A stretch of 64,000 nt of DNA from Ministeria vibrans ATCC 50519 (GCA_943704425.1 CALSCP010002018.1:1-64000); one strand, 5' to 3'; shown: positions 1 through 16,638, numbered from the stretch's first letter. Notes: generated by a model not told the origin, from the letters alone. A program made the numbers and translations.

Positions 1-1161
1 GTTTGGCGCTTGCTCTACCGGAATGCTGTGACGAGCGCGTCACAGTTGAGGTTGAGGGCCACGCTGGAATCGTTCGCGGTTCGCCCTGGCTTCTCACACC
101 CAATCCAGATCTGGCGCATCGTGCGGTGGCTCTCTCGGGGCACATGGATAGGTTTCACGACCTGACGCCGGAGCAAGTGCGGCATTTGGACAAGGAGGCA
201 CTGTTGACGATGATCGAACAGAGCGAACTTGAAGCGCGCGAGATGCCTCTAGACTACCACGACGTGGTTCGCCTGGTGACGGAGCGGCATCGCTTGAACA
301 ACTCTGTCGTCATGTGGTCGCCGACGCCTGAATACGCCGAGGAGGTCAGGCGGCACGTCAATTGCACGTCGGGATGCACCTCGGCCATTGCCCAGGCTTA
401 CCTGCGACGCCGCGTCGTCTTTGACGGCGTCCTTACACGCGACGAATGCCGCATGCTGATTGAAGCGCAAGAGAAGGCGGGCTCGCCGCCACAGTCACAC
501 GATGTACAAGAGAACCTCTTTGTGCGCACTTTGTACGTCCCTTCACCATGTCCATCTTCCTCTCCTCCCTAGGGCCCTGCGCAAGAAGGACGGCACCACT
601 TTACGCGAGCCGATCTGCGCGATCTTGTCGAGGCCGATGTCTCCCCCGAACGACTTGAGGTGTTTTTGCAGGGTGCAGAGCGAGTCAAGGCGCTCATCAC
701 GGCGCATTTCCAGCCAACACATCCGCTACATTTCGACTTGGTGGACATGACAGGGCGGCGTAAAGAGCCAGCGCACACGGGACTGACCGGACGACATGGA
801 CTGCACGCGGACAATGCGGGTGTGGCCGAAGACGGGTCGTACGAGAAGACTGACGAGCACTGTTGTGCCTGGCGTGAGTATAGTGCACTACTCTATCTTA
901 ATGGAGAAGGGGATCCTGGTAAAGATGTGTTGTCACACAACGAAAAACAAAATAAATATTCTCACTGACCGACCATATACATCGTTTTATGATCAGACTT
1001 TCCGATGGCGGGCGGCGACTTTGCCTTCTCCGAGGACTCGTACGGGTCGGGAGAAGCGCGGCTAGCCCCCAAATGTGGGCGTATGGTTGCCTTCACATCT
1101 GGCTACGAGAACCTTCATGGCGTGTACCCGACCCTGAGTACGACATCCATCTCTGTGTGTA

Positions 1162-1197
<36 letters not shown>

Positions 1198-1435
1198 ATG
1201 TGTACGTTTTGTGTGTGTGATTATTTGTGCATGTATGTATGTATGTGTTGGCAGTTTTTTTTTTATGATTGTGGGGTGGGGTGCGTGTGTAGGCGGCAAG
1301 CGATATGCGATGGCGACGTGGCTCTCGGATGCGTCACATGACGAGCCTCACCACTTTGATGACGACATTGCTTGGTACTTGGATATCCTCGATGGGAGAC
1401 AGCGCGACGACGAAGGCGACGACACAGAAGACTGA
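1..1435 (+). CDS. Prolyl 3-hydroxylase (leprecan/P3H)-like 2OG-Fe(II) oxygenase, 5' end outside window; introns about 522-572, 919-996, 1138-1292
   Basis: Spliced frame gives RVVFDGVLTRDEC...LHADN...REYSALLYLNG..DFPMAGGDFAF...PKCGRMVAFTSGYENLHGVYPTLSGKRYAMATWL. This matches the P3H catalytic domain (HxD...H...R). The introns are GT-AG and keep the frame. Confidence 0.8.
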
Positions 1436-1477
1436 CATGAATGAGTGTAGTGAAAAGGAATGGTTACAAATTTTAAT

Positions 1478-5162
<3,685 letters not shown>

Positions 5163-5704
5163 CTCCGCCGCTCGACTTCTTGACGTGTTCGCTATCTACG
5201 CTTTCTAAGGCTCTCAATTAGGCCAATCAACACCCAAAGCTCTTCTACAACTAATAAACTCGAACTCGAATGAAAATTATGAATAAAAAATTAAAAAATG
5301 ACGCTCTATTTGAGTGTTTTGATGTACTTTCTTTAACTCCAAAATGATATTAAAAAGGACACCGACGCCAAATCATTTCACGGACTAGGTCGTTGATTAT
5401 GAATTCACTTATTCTACACCCTGTACGAGACTGATTGGATTGCGCTTGAAAGTGAAAGTGTGTGTACAAGTTGCTGACAATCAATATCACTCGCCACTAA
5501 TCACACTATTATACTTTTTCCTTTTCTTGTTGAACTTCTCATTCGCCCCTCAACAACTTTCGACGCGCCGCCCAGGTACGTCTATACCTTTGTGGAGTCT
5601 GATATTCAACAATCGTTTGACCCCCCCCTGAAATATGGATAGCTTGTCGCCTCCTTGTAGGTCTTCACAGGGGAAGGGCGGAAACCGCCGGAATTTGACG
5701 TGGA

Positions 5705-8700
5705 ATGCAGGTGGCTCGTCTCTCTCTCTCGACAGCCGCCCCCACGGCCAGTCTTGCGTATCATTCAAGCACAGGCTCGGCCAATGCGGCTCAGTTGCGC
5801 CACGCTGCAGCACAGGCGCGCCAAAGGGTCTCGCTGCGCGATCGTGGCGCTCCTTCGACGGATTGTCGTCTACAACAACATCCGCTCGCACTTCCTCCTG
5901 ATGGTGCGTCGCAGCCCTCTTCAAGCGCCCACGACAAGGACTCGAACGGCACCGTCGACGTTGACGAAGCGCTGCACGGCGTCCACAACGACGACGATAT
6001 TATCGATGGTGAGGAGGACCGTTCAGCATTCAGTCGCGTCCGTTGCCGTCGCAACTGCATCAAGGACACCATGATGCTGGCAAACCTTCTCTTTCTGCTG
6101 CTGGCAGCTGCCGTGTTTGGCATTGTCGTATTTCTCCTCTCGCAAAGCTCGGAATTCCGCACCATGTTTGGCTATGCCAGGTGGGGCATTGCCCTGGCCA
6201 TCGCCATGGCGCTCCTTTGCGTCATCTCTCTTCTCGGCTGCTGCGCCTCGTGGAACGTTCGCTCACGCTGGCTTCGTCGCTATGTCATAACCACCAGCAT
6301 CATGTGTTGCGTCGAATTGGCACTCATTATTGCTGCGTCGGTCGTGTCTCTCAATGACATCGACGAGTACCTTCGCGACAACTTTGTCTCGGCCTCGTTC
6401 GAAGATCGCCAGGCTGTTCAAGCATTCTTCTCGTGCTGTCGCTACGACGCAAACACGGTCACCACCTCGGACAACGACCCGCTCACGTGCTACCACTTTG
6501 GCATTGTGACGCCCGCCAATCTCATCACCACCTTTTGCGCACAGCCCATGCATGACTGGGTGCTCACCTTCACCCGCATCATCGTCATCCTCACCGCCCT
6601 CATCCTCCTCTTTCAACTTATTTTCATTACCATTTCCGTCTGGCTCATCCGGGAGTACCGTCGCAAGCGCACCCACCACGTCACCTTGCAGGTCACCTCC
6701 ACTGGGCTCACCATCATCTCCACCGTGAGCGGGCGTGAGCTCACCCGTCGTGACGCCCCCCTCGCCCGTGCTGCCGCTGGATCCCTTGACGTCGAAACAT
6801 TGCACGGATCAAAGCGCGCGTCGTCGCAATCGTTGGCTCAAGGCAATCGACCATCGAGTGTTGCGGGGCGTCTCAAACATCGACTTGTGGATTTTCTTGG
6901 CTACGACGAGCGAGAACGCGACACGACTAGTTCGGCCGTATGGAACGGCCAAAGTCGACCCGAACGCTTGCTACACAAACGCGAGCGTATTCTCATTCCC
7001 TTCTCGTCGCGTTACTCAATGGCCGCCGAGAAACGCAGGCGGCAGCAGGAGCGCGAGCAACGTCGTCGTCGAGTGCGCCAAGAGCGACAAAGCAGCGAAC
7101 CCCCTGCAACCACATGGCGCACACGGTGTGCCCAGGCGATGCGCGAGTCGCGTCTTGCTCAGTGGATTGCCGTGCGACAACATTCGCGCACGCAGCAGGT
7201 GGAGTCACGCCGTCGTCGCGAGAGCACACAGGGACTTATGATGGCACATCAGGCCAAGAGGAACAAGGTCGATGACGAAGAATCTCTCTCCGTTGTGGGC
7301 AGTCTTCCATCATCGTCAACGGGAGTGTCTACCATGGAGCGCGTGCTCGGTGAACTGGGTCTTGATGAGATGGAGAAGCGCGTTTACTACGCAAGTCGGA
7401 AGCGGAGGATGGCGGGTCACGCCGAATGGAGCGAGTTGGAGGGGCCACGCCTTCGGCTCTCGGCCAACGACATCGATGATGATGACGTCGACACGGAAGA
7501 ACACCGCGTCAGGAGCGTTGTCGTAATTCGTACGGCACTCTCGACACCCACAGATCTAGACGCCATGATCTGTGTCGGCTCAGACGCCACCGATGAGCGT
7601 CTACAAGCGCCTCGATCGAAAAAGAAAAAGCACACGTCAAGGTCGTCCGCCAAACGCAAGGCACCGCCTGATCATGAGACACATGACGTACAGCGCCAAG
7701 ACACAGTGGCTTTACAGTCACAACCGGGCAGTACTGTAACTACGAGTGCGACGCCGACAGTCTGCAAGTGGCACGGCCAGCGCCCAGCCAAGCCAGTTGA
7801 TATTGCCGTAAAGAAGTCGCGTACATCGTCCCAGTCTGTCTCAACAGCAGCCGCTCTTGGTCCCATTGCCACTGCCACCTCCCATGAACAACGCCTTTTT
7901 CGTCGCTCACCCAGCCAGCCCGTCGCCAGCGAGTCACCCGTGGCCACCGTCGCGATGCTCCCGCCTTTTACTTCCGAGCCATCCGACCGCGAACCTCACC
8001 TACACGCATCTGCTCCCCTACACCTCCCACCCGTATCGAAAGCACTCAAGCACCAGCTACAGAAGCAACAGCCTCGCTCGTTGGGCAGTCGCTGGTCTCG
8101 CCGTCGTCTGAGTGCCAGTGAGGTCGATCCTCCTACCAATATTGCACCACCAAAACGTCGCAACATGTCAACGCCCCAATCCCAGAGCGCTAACGCCGTC
8201 ACCGAGAATGCCGCTGCCCTTGGCGCCCATCTCGCTTCTCAAACTGGTTCGTTCTACCGTGACGAGCGCCACGAAGAGACCCGTCGCGCCGTTCAACTGG
8301 AACAGGCTATGCAGACCCGTCTGCGCAATTTACGCACCAGTCCCGACGCAACCAAAGGAGCAACTGCATCACAAGCACCGCCGCCTTCATCACATCAAGC
8401 TCCACTTCTCACCGGCGCGAACTCTACTGCAACACCAACAGCAGCTGCACCTCTACTTGTGAGCTCGCCCCGTCTCGCGCGCCTGCAGAGCACAACATGT
8501 ACTCCCGATCGTCATGAGCGAGAACGCCAAGTGCATGACTGGGTCTCAACCACGGTACTTGCCTCGGCTTCTGCACCACCTTTATCAATGCAGCAGTCAT
8601 CGGAGACACCAGCGGTACCAAAGAAGAAGAAAAGCGTCACGTTTCCGCTTAAGGGTGCAGGTCGAGATCGAGACGAGACCGCCGTGACCGTACTTCCTTT

Positions 8701-8791
8701 GCGTGCTGAAGTGCTGCAACAGGGTCCCGCCACACCCGATCAGTCTCAGAAGAGTCGTCTTATTTCCGATTGGCTTAGTCATCACGAGTAG
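5705..8791 (+). CDS. Tetraspanin-like protein with ~700-aa disordered C-terminal tail (1028-aa single ORF; exact start uncertain)
   Basis: Four TMs: MLANLLFLL, ISLLGCCAS, CCVELALII, LILLFQLIF. EC2 QAFFSCCRY..DPLTCY..FCAQ. The tail is Ser/Pro/Arg rich. Confidence 0.8.
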   Translation: MQVARLSLSTAAPTASLAYHSSTGSANAAQLRHAAAQARQRVSLRDRGAPSTDCRLQQHPLALPPDGASQPSSSAHDKDSNGTVDVDEALHGVHNDDDIIDGEEDRSAFSRVRCRRNCIKDTMMLANLLFLLLAAAVFGIVVFLLSQSSEFRTMFGYARWGIALAIAMALLCVISLLGCCASWNVRSRWLRRYVITTSIMCCVELALIIAASVVSLNDIDEYLRDNFVSASFEDRQAVQAFFSCCRYDANTVTTSDNDPLTCYHFGIVTPANLITTFCAQPMHDWVLTFTRIIVILTALILLFQLIFITISVWLIREYRRKRTHHVTLQVTSTGLTIISTVSGRELTRRDAPLARAAAGSLDVETLHGSKRASSQSLAQGNRPSSVAGRLKHRLVDFLGYDERERDTTSSAVWNGQSRPERLLHKRERILIPFSSRYSMAAEKRRRQQEREQRRRRVRQERQSSEPPATTWRTRCAQAMRESRLAQWIAVRQHSRTQQVESRRRRESTQGLMMAHQAKRNKVDDEESLSVVGSLPSSSTGVSTMERVLGELGLDEMEKRVYYASRKRRMAGHAEWSELEGPRLRLSANDIDDDDVDTEEHRVRSVVVIRTALSTPTDLDAMICVGSDATDERLQAPRSKKKKHTSRSSAKRKAPPDHETHDVQRQDTVALQSQPGSTVTTSATPTVCKWHGQRPAKPVDIAVKKSRTSSQSVSTAAALGPIATATSHEQRLFRRSPSQPVASESPVATVAMLPPFTSEPSDREPHLHASAPLHLPPVSKALKHQLQKQQPRSLGSRWSRRRLSASEVDPPTNIAPPKRRNMSTPQSQSANAVTENAAALGAHLASQTGSFYRDERHEETRRAVQLEQAMQTRLRNLRTSPDATKGATASQAPPPSSHQAPLLTGANSTATPTAAAPLLVSSPRLARLQSTTCTPDRHERERQVHDWVSTTVLASASAPPLSMQQSSETPAVPKKKKSVTFPLKGAGRDRDETAVTVLPLRAEVLQQGPATPDQSQKSRLISDWLSHHE

Positions 8792-9474
8792 ATGGAGTAG
8801 CGCCGTACAAACTGTGTATTTTTAAAAAAATGAAGTCAAAATAGCATAGAGCAGCACAATTGGAACTTCCGTCGTAGAGTTCTTGACGATAATGCCTAAT
8901 GGCATAATGCCCCGAGGAAAGCCCAAAGACCGACTAATACACCCGTGAAAAGAATGTACGGATGTAACGTAAAAATTAATTGCTCTACACACAATACTTC
9001 CGCCATAAGTAGCCCCTAGAAAGATAGGCCAATAAAGCCATACTCCATAGACGGCGGTCGGTGAGAGACTGCCAGACTGGGAGTCGAATCAGTCGATATA
9101 CCCACAAAATACTCTATCGCAGCAAGCGTACGGAGATTTCGAGGAATTCGCGATTGAGGTACGTTTCAGGCACGTACACACCGAGTTCACACCGAGAGCT
9201 TGTGGACCTTATTCGGTGACAGTCACGCCCGCAGCAGCAGCATGAAACTCCTGAGACGGTTCACGTACGGCAGTGGCCAGTGATTGGGACACCATGGGGG
9301 CACTCACTTGGCAGGATGCTGGGGACCCAGCCTGTGCATGTGGCGCGGGCCATTCTACGCTGCGTCAAGTCTCAGTCTCAATCAGAAAAAAAGGTATTGC
9401 CAACTATATTTTTCTCTCTTTCCCTCTCTTCGCCCCCCACTCTTGACGTCATCCACCTCCTGCACCGTTCTGCG

Positions 9475-12400
9475 ATGAAGTCGGTGCTTGTGACTGCGCT
9501 TTTCCTCTTCGTCCTTTTCGGGAATGTGTCCGGTACGCCGTCTCTCGCCCCTCTCCTTCTTCTCTTCTTCTTCCCACGCGCCCTTTCAGTTTTGCACCAC
9601 CGTGGTGCTACCCCTCGAACATTTCGATCCACCCTTGTCTTAGCCACATCTTCTTTTTTTTCTTTTCTGCTTTGGGGGACCTGAACTGTGACGTCACATT
9701 GCTTACGTCTTTTTTTTCTTTTCTTTTTTTTTCTCTCAGCGTTGTTCTGTCCGCTCGACGTCGCCATCACCACCGGCACTACCGTGACCGAAGTAAACCT
9801 CCTTTTGCTTCTCTGCGACGAGGTTAACAGTGTCGTTGTCGACAAGTCGTCCTTTCAAAATCTTCTGCCTCTAAATGGGCTGAAGAAAGTTCGAGGCGCT
9901 GTCACCATTCGCGACAACTCGCAGCTCACTGTGATCCAGCTCAACAACCTTGAAGACGTTGCTGGCAACTTCCGCATCGAGAACAACGCCGACCTCGTTA
10001 CTGTCAACCTGCCGAAACTTCAAATTCTTCAGAAGAATTTCAGTGTGGTTCTCAATAGCAAACTCGATGCTGTCCACCTTGTCGCGCTGAAAAAGGTACG
10101 CCCTCCCCCTGCGCGTCGTGTGTCACGTATACCCCAATGCCCTGCACAACGACTCAAGGCAAACCCCGGTCTAACCCACTGTTTTTTGTTCTCTCCTCGC
10201 AGGTGCAAGGTAGCGCCATCGAAATCGTGGATAACGCAGTGTTGCAAGATTTTGGTGCCAGCAACGTCATATTTGATACATTCGGCGACACCAACTACGA
10301 TCCCCTTCCGCCCCACCTGACTATTCGCGGCAATCCCATTCTCGAGAACATACAGCTTTTCGCGGCCACCAACGACATCGTCATGGACGAGCTGCCGCTC
10401 TACTTTGAACTTGAAGACTTCAACGTCGCAAGCGATTTGTCCAGTTTTTTCCGCTTTGCGGCAGCCTTCAGCCACGTCCACGTTCGCAACTGCGCCAACT
10501 TACAAACATTGCATGGCCTCGAACAGGTCACGAGCGTTTCCGAGTCTATTCTCGTCGAAAATTGCCCGTCACTCACCAAAATCGAAGGGCTCGGTTCGAC
10601 CAGCGTCCAGCTCGTCGAGAGTTCATTCCACTCGCTTGTTCTGCGCAACCTCAGTTCCTTCATCAACCTCGAGACTATTCAGACCTGGCCTGCCGCCACA
10701 CTCGCCCAGCCTCTCCTTCTTGACATCTCCGACTGCCCCATTCTGCTGCACATTGATCATCTGCAGCTCGTGTCGGGCCAACTCGCCAGCCTCGTTCTAC
10801 ACAACTTGCCCATCCTGAACTCGCTCACAGGCATTCAATCTTTCACGGGCGTCCTTGGAAACCTCACTATGTCCCGCCTCGACACCATCGCGAACCTCGG
10901 CGCCTTTGACTCTGGCTTTACTCTCACCTCTGCCTCGCACGTTCGCCTTGAACTTCTTGAGTCGCTCTCCTCGATCCTTGCCTTCCATTCCGTCACCGAC
11001 GTCGCCTCACTGGCCGTTGTCAACTGCTCTTCGTTGACCCAGTTTGGAGGTTTCTCCGCCCTCGTCCACTCACATGGTCCACTTCTGCTGAGCGACCTTC
11101 CTTTGCTCGATCGCTTTACCGCCGTGACCGACTCCGACTTGTTTCCTGCCGTTACCAACGTCGACGGCGACCTCACCCTCGTCGGTTTGCCGCAGTGGAA
11201 TTCCATCTCCGCCACCCTGTTCCCCTTGCTCGTCGCCGTCACCGGCTCCCTTCACCTTGACACGCTGGGCCCGGCCCAACTCAACGGCTTTGCCAACCTT
11301 GCCGTCATATCCGGTGACCTGCGTGTGACCAACCTGAACTCGCTCATTGCCTTTTCCTCCTCCACCTTTGGCCTGCTCAATTCCGTCACCGCCATAGACG
11401 TCTCCTCGTGCGCCAACATCGCTCAAATCGACTCGATCGCCTCGCAGCTCAGCGCCCAGTCCCTCACTGTCGCTGGCTCTGTCACCTTTTCGCAAAACCC
11501 GTCGCTCGCGTCCGTCGACTTCCTCGACAAAGTCTCGTCCATCGGCGGCTCCCTCACCATCGATACGTGCGGTGCACTCGTCACCATTGCCTTCCAGGCG
11601 ACCCTCGCCTCCATCGGTGGCTCCCTCAACATTGCCTCTAACGGCGCCCTCACCACCATCACCAGCCCCACCATTACTATCGGCGGCAACGTCGACATTC
11701 GCCACAACTCCCAGCTCTCCTCCGTCTCTGGTGTTGCTCATTTTAGGACTGGTGGTGTCATTTCCATCACTTACTGCGACGCACTCGGTACAACAACAAA
11801 CCAAAATCAAAACAATCAAACCTCTTACTGTTCGNNNNNNNNNNNNNNNNNNNNNNNNNNNNNNNNNNNNNNNNNNNNNNNNNNNNNNNNNNNNNNNNNN
11901 NNNNNNNNNNNNNNNNNNNNNCTCGCTTCGACCGTCTCCATCGACGCGGTGCGCATCACGGATAATGCAATTTTGGCCTACTTGGACCTCTTTCGGTATA
12001 CTACCGACGACGTAGTCATTGCCAACGACCTGTTGGTTCACAGCAACCCCCTCCTTAACAACGTCACCGAGTCTTTTGCCCACATCTCAAACGTGGAGCT
12101 GCTCAGCGTGTCCGACACAGCCGCACCCTCCCTCGACTTTTCGTCGCTCACCACGGTAAACTCTGACTTTCTGTTGCGCCGTAATGCGGCGAACAGCATC
12201 AACCTGACCAAACTCGACGAGATCCACGGAGTTCTCGACATCTTCGACAACGTCTACTTGAGCGCGATCAGCCTTCCTTCGTGCACCGACATCGACGACA
12301 TTGTGTTGCGCAACAATGCTCAGCTCGAGTCGTTTGTGGCCTCTGGCTCGAGTTTTGTACTGGGCGCTTCTATTGCCGGGCCCATCGACGCACCCAGTGA

Positions 12401-15400
12401 GTGTGTCGATCGTTACTTGGCGCTGAACGATGACATCGACTCGAGCGAGTGCCGCCGTCGCGGCAGTCTTGTCGTCGTTGGTAATCCACTCTTGACGACC
12501 CTCGCGGTGGGCTCCACGCTAGGCATCCAGACAATTCCCGGCTCAGTCTATGTGCACGACACAGCCCTCGTGACGCTCGACGGCCTCAGCACCATCTCGA
12601 GCATCGGTGGCAATTGCTCCTTTTACAACAACACCGAGCTCACTTCGTTCTCCGCACTCGCCTCACTTTCCATTGTCGGTGGCTTCATTGACCTGCTCAA
12701 CAGCCCACTCGTGTGCACCAGCGAACTCGGACCCTTTGCGACACTCCCTATTCGCAACCAATCGCCCCTTGCAACCTCATTTGACTGCGACCTTCATGCG
12801 TTCCTCAGCTCCATCAATACGCAAATAGACATCACCTGGAACCAGCTCGACACGATGCTGCCTGATGCACATGCCCTCGTTCTCAGTAGCGAATGGTCCG
12901 ATGCGAGCACCGTCAAGGCGCTCCCTCAATTCGCATACCTTCTGCAGGAGACTGCGATGACGAGCGTGCTCCAGGAAGTGAGTCGATGGGACGATGCCAT
13001 CGCCGTCATGGACGCCCTTTTCGTCAACGTCACCCTCTTTGCACAGTTCGACATGAGCATCACGAACCAACTGCCGGTCATTGCCGTTACGCTGCTGCAC
13101 AACAAACTCGTTCAGGCGACGAGCACGCTGCAATTGCTCCTGTGCCAGTCGTCCGTCTCCAACGCCATCTTCCCGACCATTCCGCCGCCTAGCCACATCA
13201 ACCTTTTCTCGTCGGCCATCGACTCGCCGCTCATCGACACCAACCTTCCGCCCAGTTCGAGCACTGGAGTGTTTGGCGCTACGCAGTCTTTGGGTCCTGA
13301 CTTCTTTCCCCTCCTATCCTTCTGCCACTTTATCGACGTCGGTGTGTTTCCAAGCAACCCACTGCGCAGTTCGCTTGTAGCCCAACAGAGCGCCAACTAC
13401 ATTGATTCGCCGCTCGTGGTCGCCTACGTGTCGAGCTCTACTCTTCCATACACGGTGCCCAAGTCGTTTACCATTTTCCGTGGCAATCGCACCACTCGGG
13501 CGCAGTGCGTCAACTTTGACCAGACTTCCTCCTCGTGGGTGTCCACTGGTTGTACGACGTCCGTCTCCAATGCGACGCACACCGTCTGTCAGTGCCCCAT
13601 TACGACCGGCAGTGGCATTGCCGTCGGACTCGTGTCGCTCAACCTGCCCTTTAATGTGGAGCTCCCGGTCAATCTGACAGTGAACACGGCCGAATCGGTC
13701 GAGGAGACGGCGTCGTTTCTCAGGCAACTTGTCACGGCAATCCCTTGGACGACGGCGGGCCTGGGTGGCGGTGACAATGGTGGTGATGGTGGTGGCGGTG
13801 GAAATTGGACTTCGCCACAAGACACTGCTACCTCGCTCGTCGAAACATTGTCAGCCATTACCACTTATACGCTGTGGCACGGCATAACACCTGCAGGTCA
13901 GACCGACACGCTGTCGACTCTCGACGAGCTTTTTGAGCCCTCGAGTCTCGACCTAATGAAGAGCGCGAACAAGACTGGCGCGTTGACGGGCGTCGTTGAG
14001 GACGTGGGCTTCTCCATGCTGGTTGATCAGCCGTGTGGGTCGCACCTTACACCGTCGACGACAAGCCGCTTTTCCATGACGGCCGTGAGCTCAACGACGC
14101 CTGCCGGCACCTTCCAGAGTGGGAACACATGGTTTACGCTGCCCGCGGCGTTTTCCTCGAAACTGCCTGCGTCCACGTGTCACAGCCTCAGCTTTGTCGA
14201 GTACAAGATCAATCCATTTGTGTCAGTGGAGGAGGCGCAGGAGACCGAGTCGACTGTGGCGTCGTTTAGCGTGCGCAATGTGACCGTGCGTGACCTCGAC
14301 GAGGCCTCCAGCATCGAGTTTACCCTGACGCGTTTTGACCTGACACGCGACAGTGTGTGTGCCTTCTGGAACACGAATGAGTCGCGCTGGAGCACGGTCG
14401 GCTGCACCACCGTGTCGCGTGTGGGTGCGACTGTGGTGTGTCGCAGCAATCATTTGACCAACTTTGCGCTCATTTTTGATGCGCGTGGCAGCAGCGTAAG
14501 TGCGGCGGTGCCCTTGGAGGTGCTGACGTACATCGCGTGCATCTCCTCCATGGTCTGCTGCTTCCTTTTCGTCGCTGTGTTCCTGTACCTCGAGAAGCTT
14601 CGCTCGGGCCCTATTCTGCTCAACATGCAGCTGTGCGTTGCTCTCTTCCTGACCAATTTGGTGTTCCTGACGGGCATCGAGCGCACGTCGGACGCCAGCT
14701 TGTGCACCGCCATTGCCTTTGTGCTCTACTACCTGTTGCTCGTGTGCTTTCTGTGGATGGTGTGCATTGGCCATCGGCTGTTTGCATCGCTTGTGCGTGT
14801 CGAAGTGAACCTCAACAGCGACGGTCAGTCCGCCATGGTGCATCGCTATTCCCTCTTTGCATGGGGTCTGCCTCTGCTGGCCGTTGCAGTGTGTGCTGCC
14901 GTGGAGTTCTCAACGGACGAGCGTCTCATCGGCTTTGGTTCTGCTTCGAGCTGTTGGATATCGTCAACAATGGGCCTGGTGGGCGCCTTCCTGGTTCCCG
15001 TCGCACTCGCCGTGCTCTTCAACCTGGTCGTCATTATACTTGTGGTGCGTGCGCTCAGTGCCAGTCGTAATCTGCAGAAGGCGTCGATGAACCGGCGCGA
15101 CGTAGTGCGACAGGTTATCATCTACACGGGTCTGGTGGCGTCGCTTGGGCTCACCTGGCTCTTTGGATTTATGGCGATTGCCACTGGTGAGGTTGCCTTC
15201 TGGTATCTCTTTGTGCTGTTCAACGGAGGCCAGGGCATCCTACTCTTTGTGGTGTACGTGATGCGCTCGCGTGTGGTCGAGGCGTTCCGCGAGAAGCGAC
15301 GTGCCTCACCTCGTCGCNNNNNNNACATGGTCCAGAGCGAGTTCACAACGGCCGACGTGACCGAGTCAATGCTGCTCGACGTCGAGGCAAACATGTCGAT

Positions 15401-15713
15401 GTACATGGATGGCGACACGGGTCTGTATATCGAGGACGATATTGGCGAGGACGATATTGGCGAGGACGACGATCTCGGTTCATTCAACCCATTTATGCTC
15501 ACCGAGCGTCGCGCCCCTTCCGCGCTGGGAACTTCCACTGCGAGCGTCAGTGTCGCCGACTTTCACGACGAGGAGATATTCATTGATGCGGACACGGCCG
15601 CGCTAGACAGCGTTGAGGGTGTCACGCAGCAAGTCAGTCACTCTCCCTCACGCCGTCGCGCTTCCACTGACAGCAGCAATCCTAACCTGAGACGCCGCTC
15701 GTCGCGAGTCTAG
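9475..15713 (+). CDS. Adhesion (class B2) GPCR: signal peptide, receptor-L-domain/LRR-like solenoid, two GAIN/GPS units, 7TM; introns 9533-9739, 10096-10202, probably another from ~11788 into the gap
   Basis: Signal MKSVLVTALFLFVLFG. Repeats LxxLxxV.G.LxIxxNxxLxxI. GPS CAFWN..RWSTVGC..VCRSNHLTNFALIF. Seven TMs with secretin-family motifs (YYLLLVCFLWM, AWGLP, CWI, LGLTWLFG, FNGGQG). Confidence 0.88.
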
Positions 15714-15758
15714 TGTGCTCATCAGCTGTACAGAACCCAGACCTTCTCATCTTAATTA

Positions 15759-16638
15759 ATGNNNNNNNGGCATCTACGGAAGAGGACAGGCTCGTGGCCG
15801 AGGTGGACGTTGTGCTGCTGGACATTGAAGGAACGACGACGCCCATCTCGTTTGTCCACGACAGACTGTTCCCCTACGCGCGCGAGAACGTTGACGCATA
15901 CCTGGAGCGTGAGTGGACGACACTGGCGTGTGTGGGCGTCGTGGAGGCGCTGAGGAGGCAGGCGGAGGCGGATCGGGCGGAGGAGAGCGGTGCGTTTGGC
16001 GCAGCGCCCGCTGTTGCGACGGCCGATCCGGCGAGCGTGAGCCGCAATGTGCTGTGGAACATGGCGCAAGACAGGAAGATGACGGCTCTCAAAGAACTCC
16101 AGGGCCTGATTTGGAACGCCGGCTACGCATCGGGCGAACTGAAGGGCGAGTAAGCGAATTCGCGTGCATGTCATTTTGCTCCAACTCCCTATAGGATGTT
16201 TGAAGATGTCCGTGAGGCACTGCAGAAATGGACGGATTCCGGAAAGAAGGTGTACATCTACTCGTCGGGTTCGATTGCGGCGCAGAAACTCATCTTCGGC
16301 TATTCGGATGCTGGCGATCTCCTTCCGCTGCTCAGCGGTCACTTTGACACAACTTCGGGGTCTAAAGTGGACGCGTCCTCATACAAAGCCATCTGTGCAG
16401 CGATCGGAGTTGATCCGGCGCGTCTTTTGTTTGCGACAGACAACATTCGAGGTTCGGCTACTCTTTAGTGTTTGCACTGCTCTCACACAGAACTCACACT
16501 ATCATAGAGGCATACGCATCACGGTCGGCGGGCAACGTGGTCTGCGTGGCAGTGCGCCCCGGCAACGCCCCACTTTCCTCCGCCGACGCCTCCACCTTCC
16601 CTTTAGTCTCCTCCCTTCTCGATTCGCGCATTCATTGA
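15759..16638 (+). CDS. ENOPH1: Enolase-phosphatase E1 (MtnC/Utr4, HAD family, methionine salvage); 3 exons; start lies next to an N gap
   Basis: DIEGTTTPISFVHDRLFPYAR, DRKMTALKELQGLIW, YIYSSGSIAAQKLIF, GHFDT, RPGNAP. Confidence 0.92.

Noticed and set aside
8800-9470. Intergenic region scanned for tRNA/snRNA
   Set aside because: No cloverleaf, T-loop consensus or snRNA signature was recognised.
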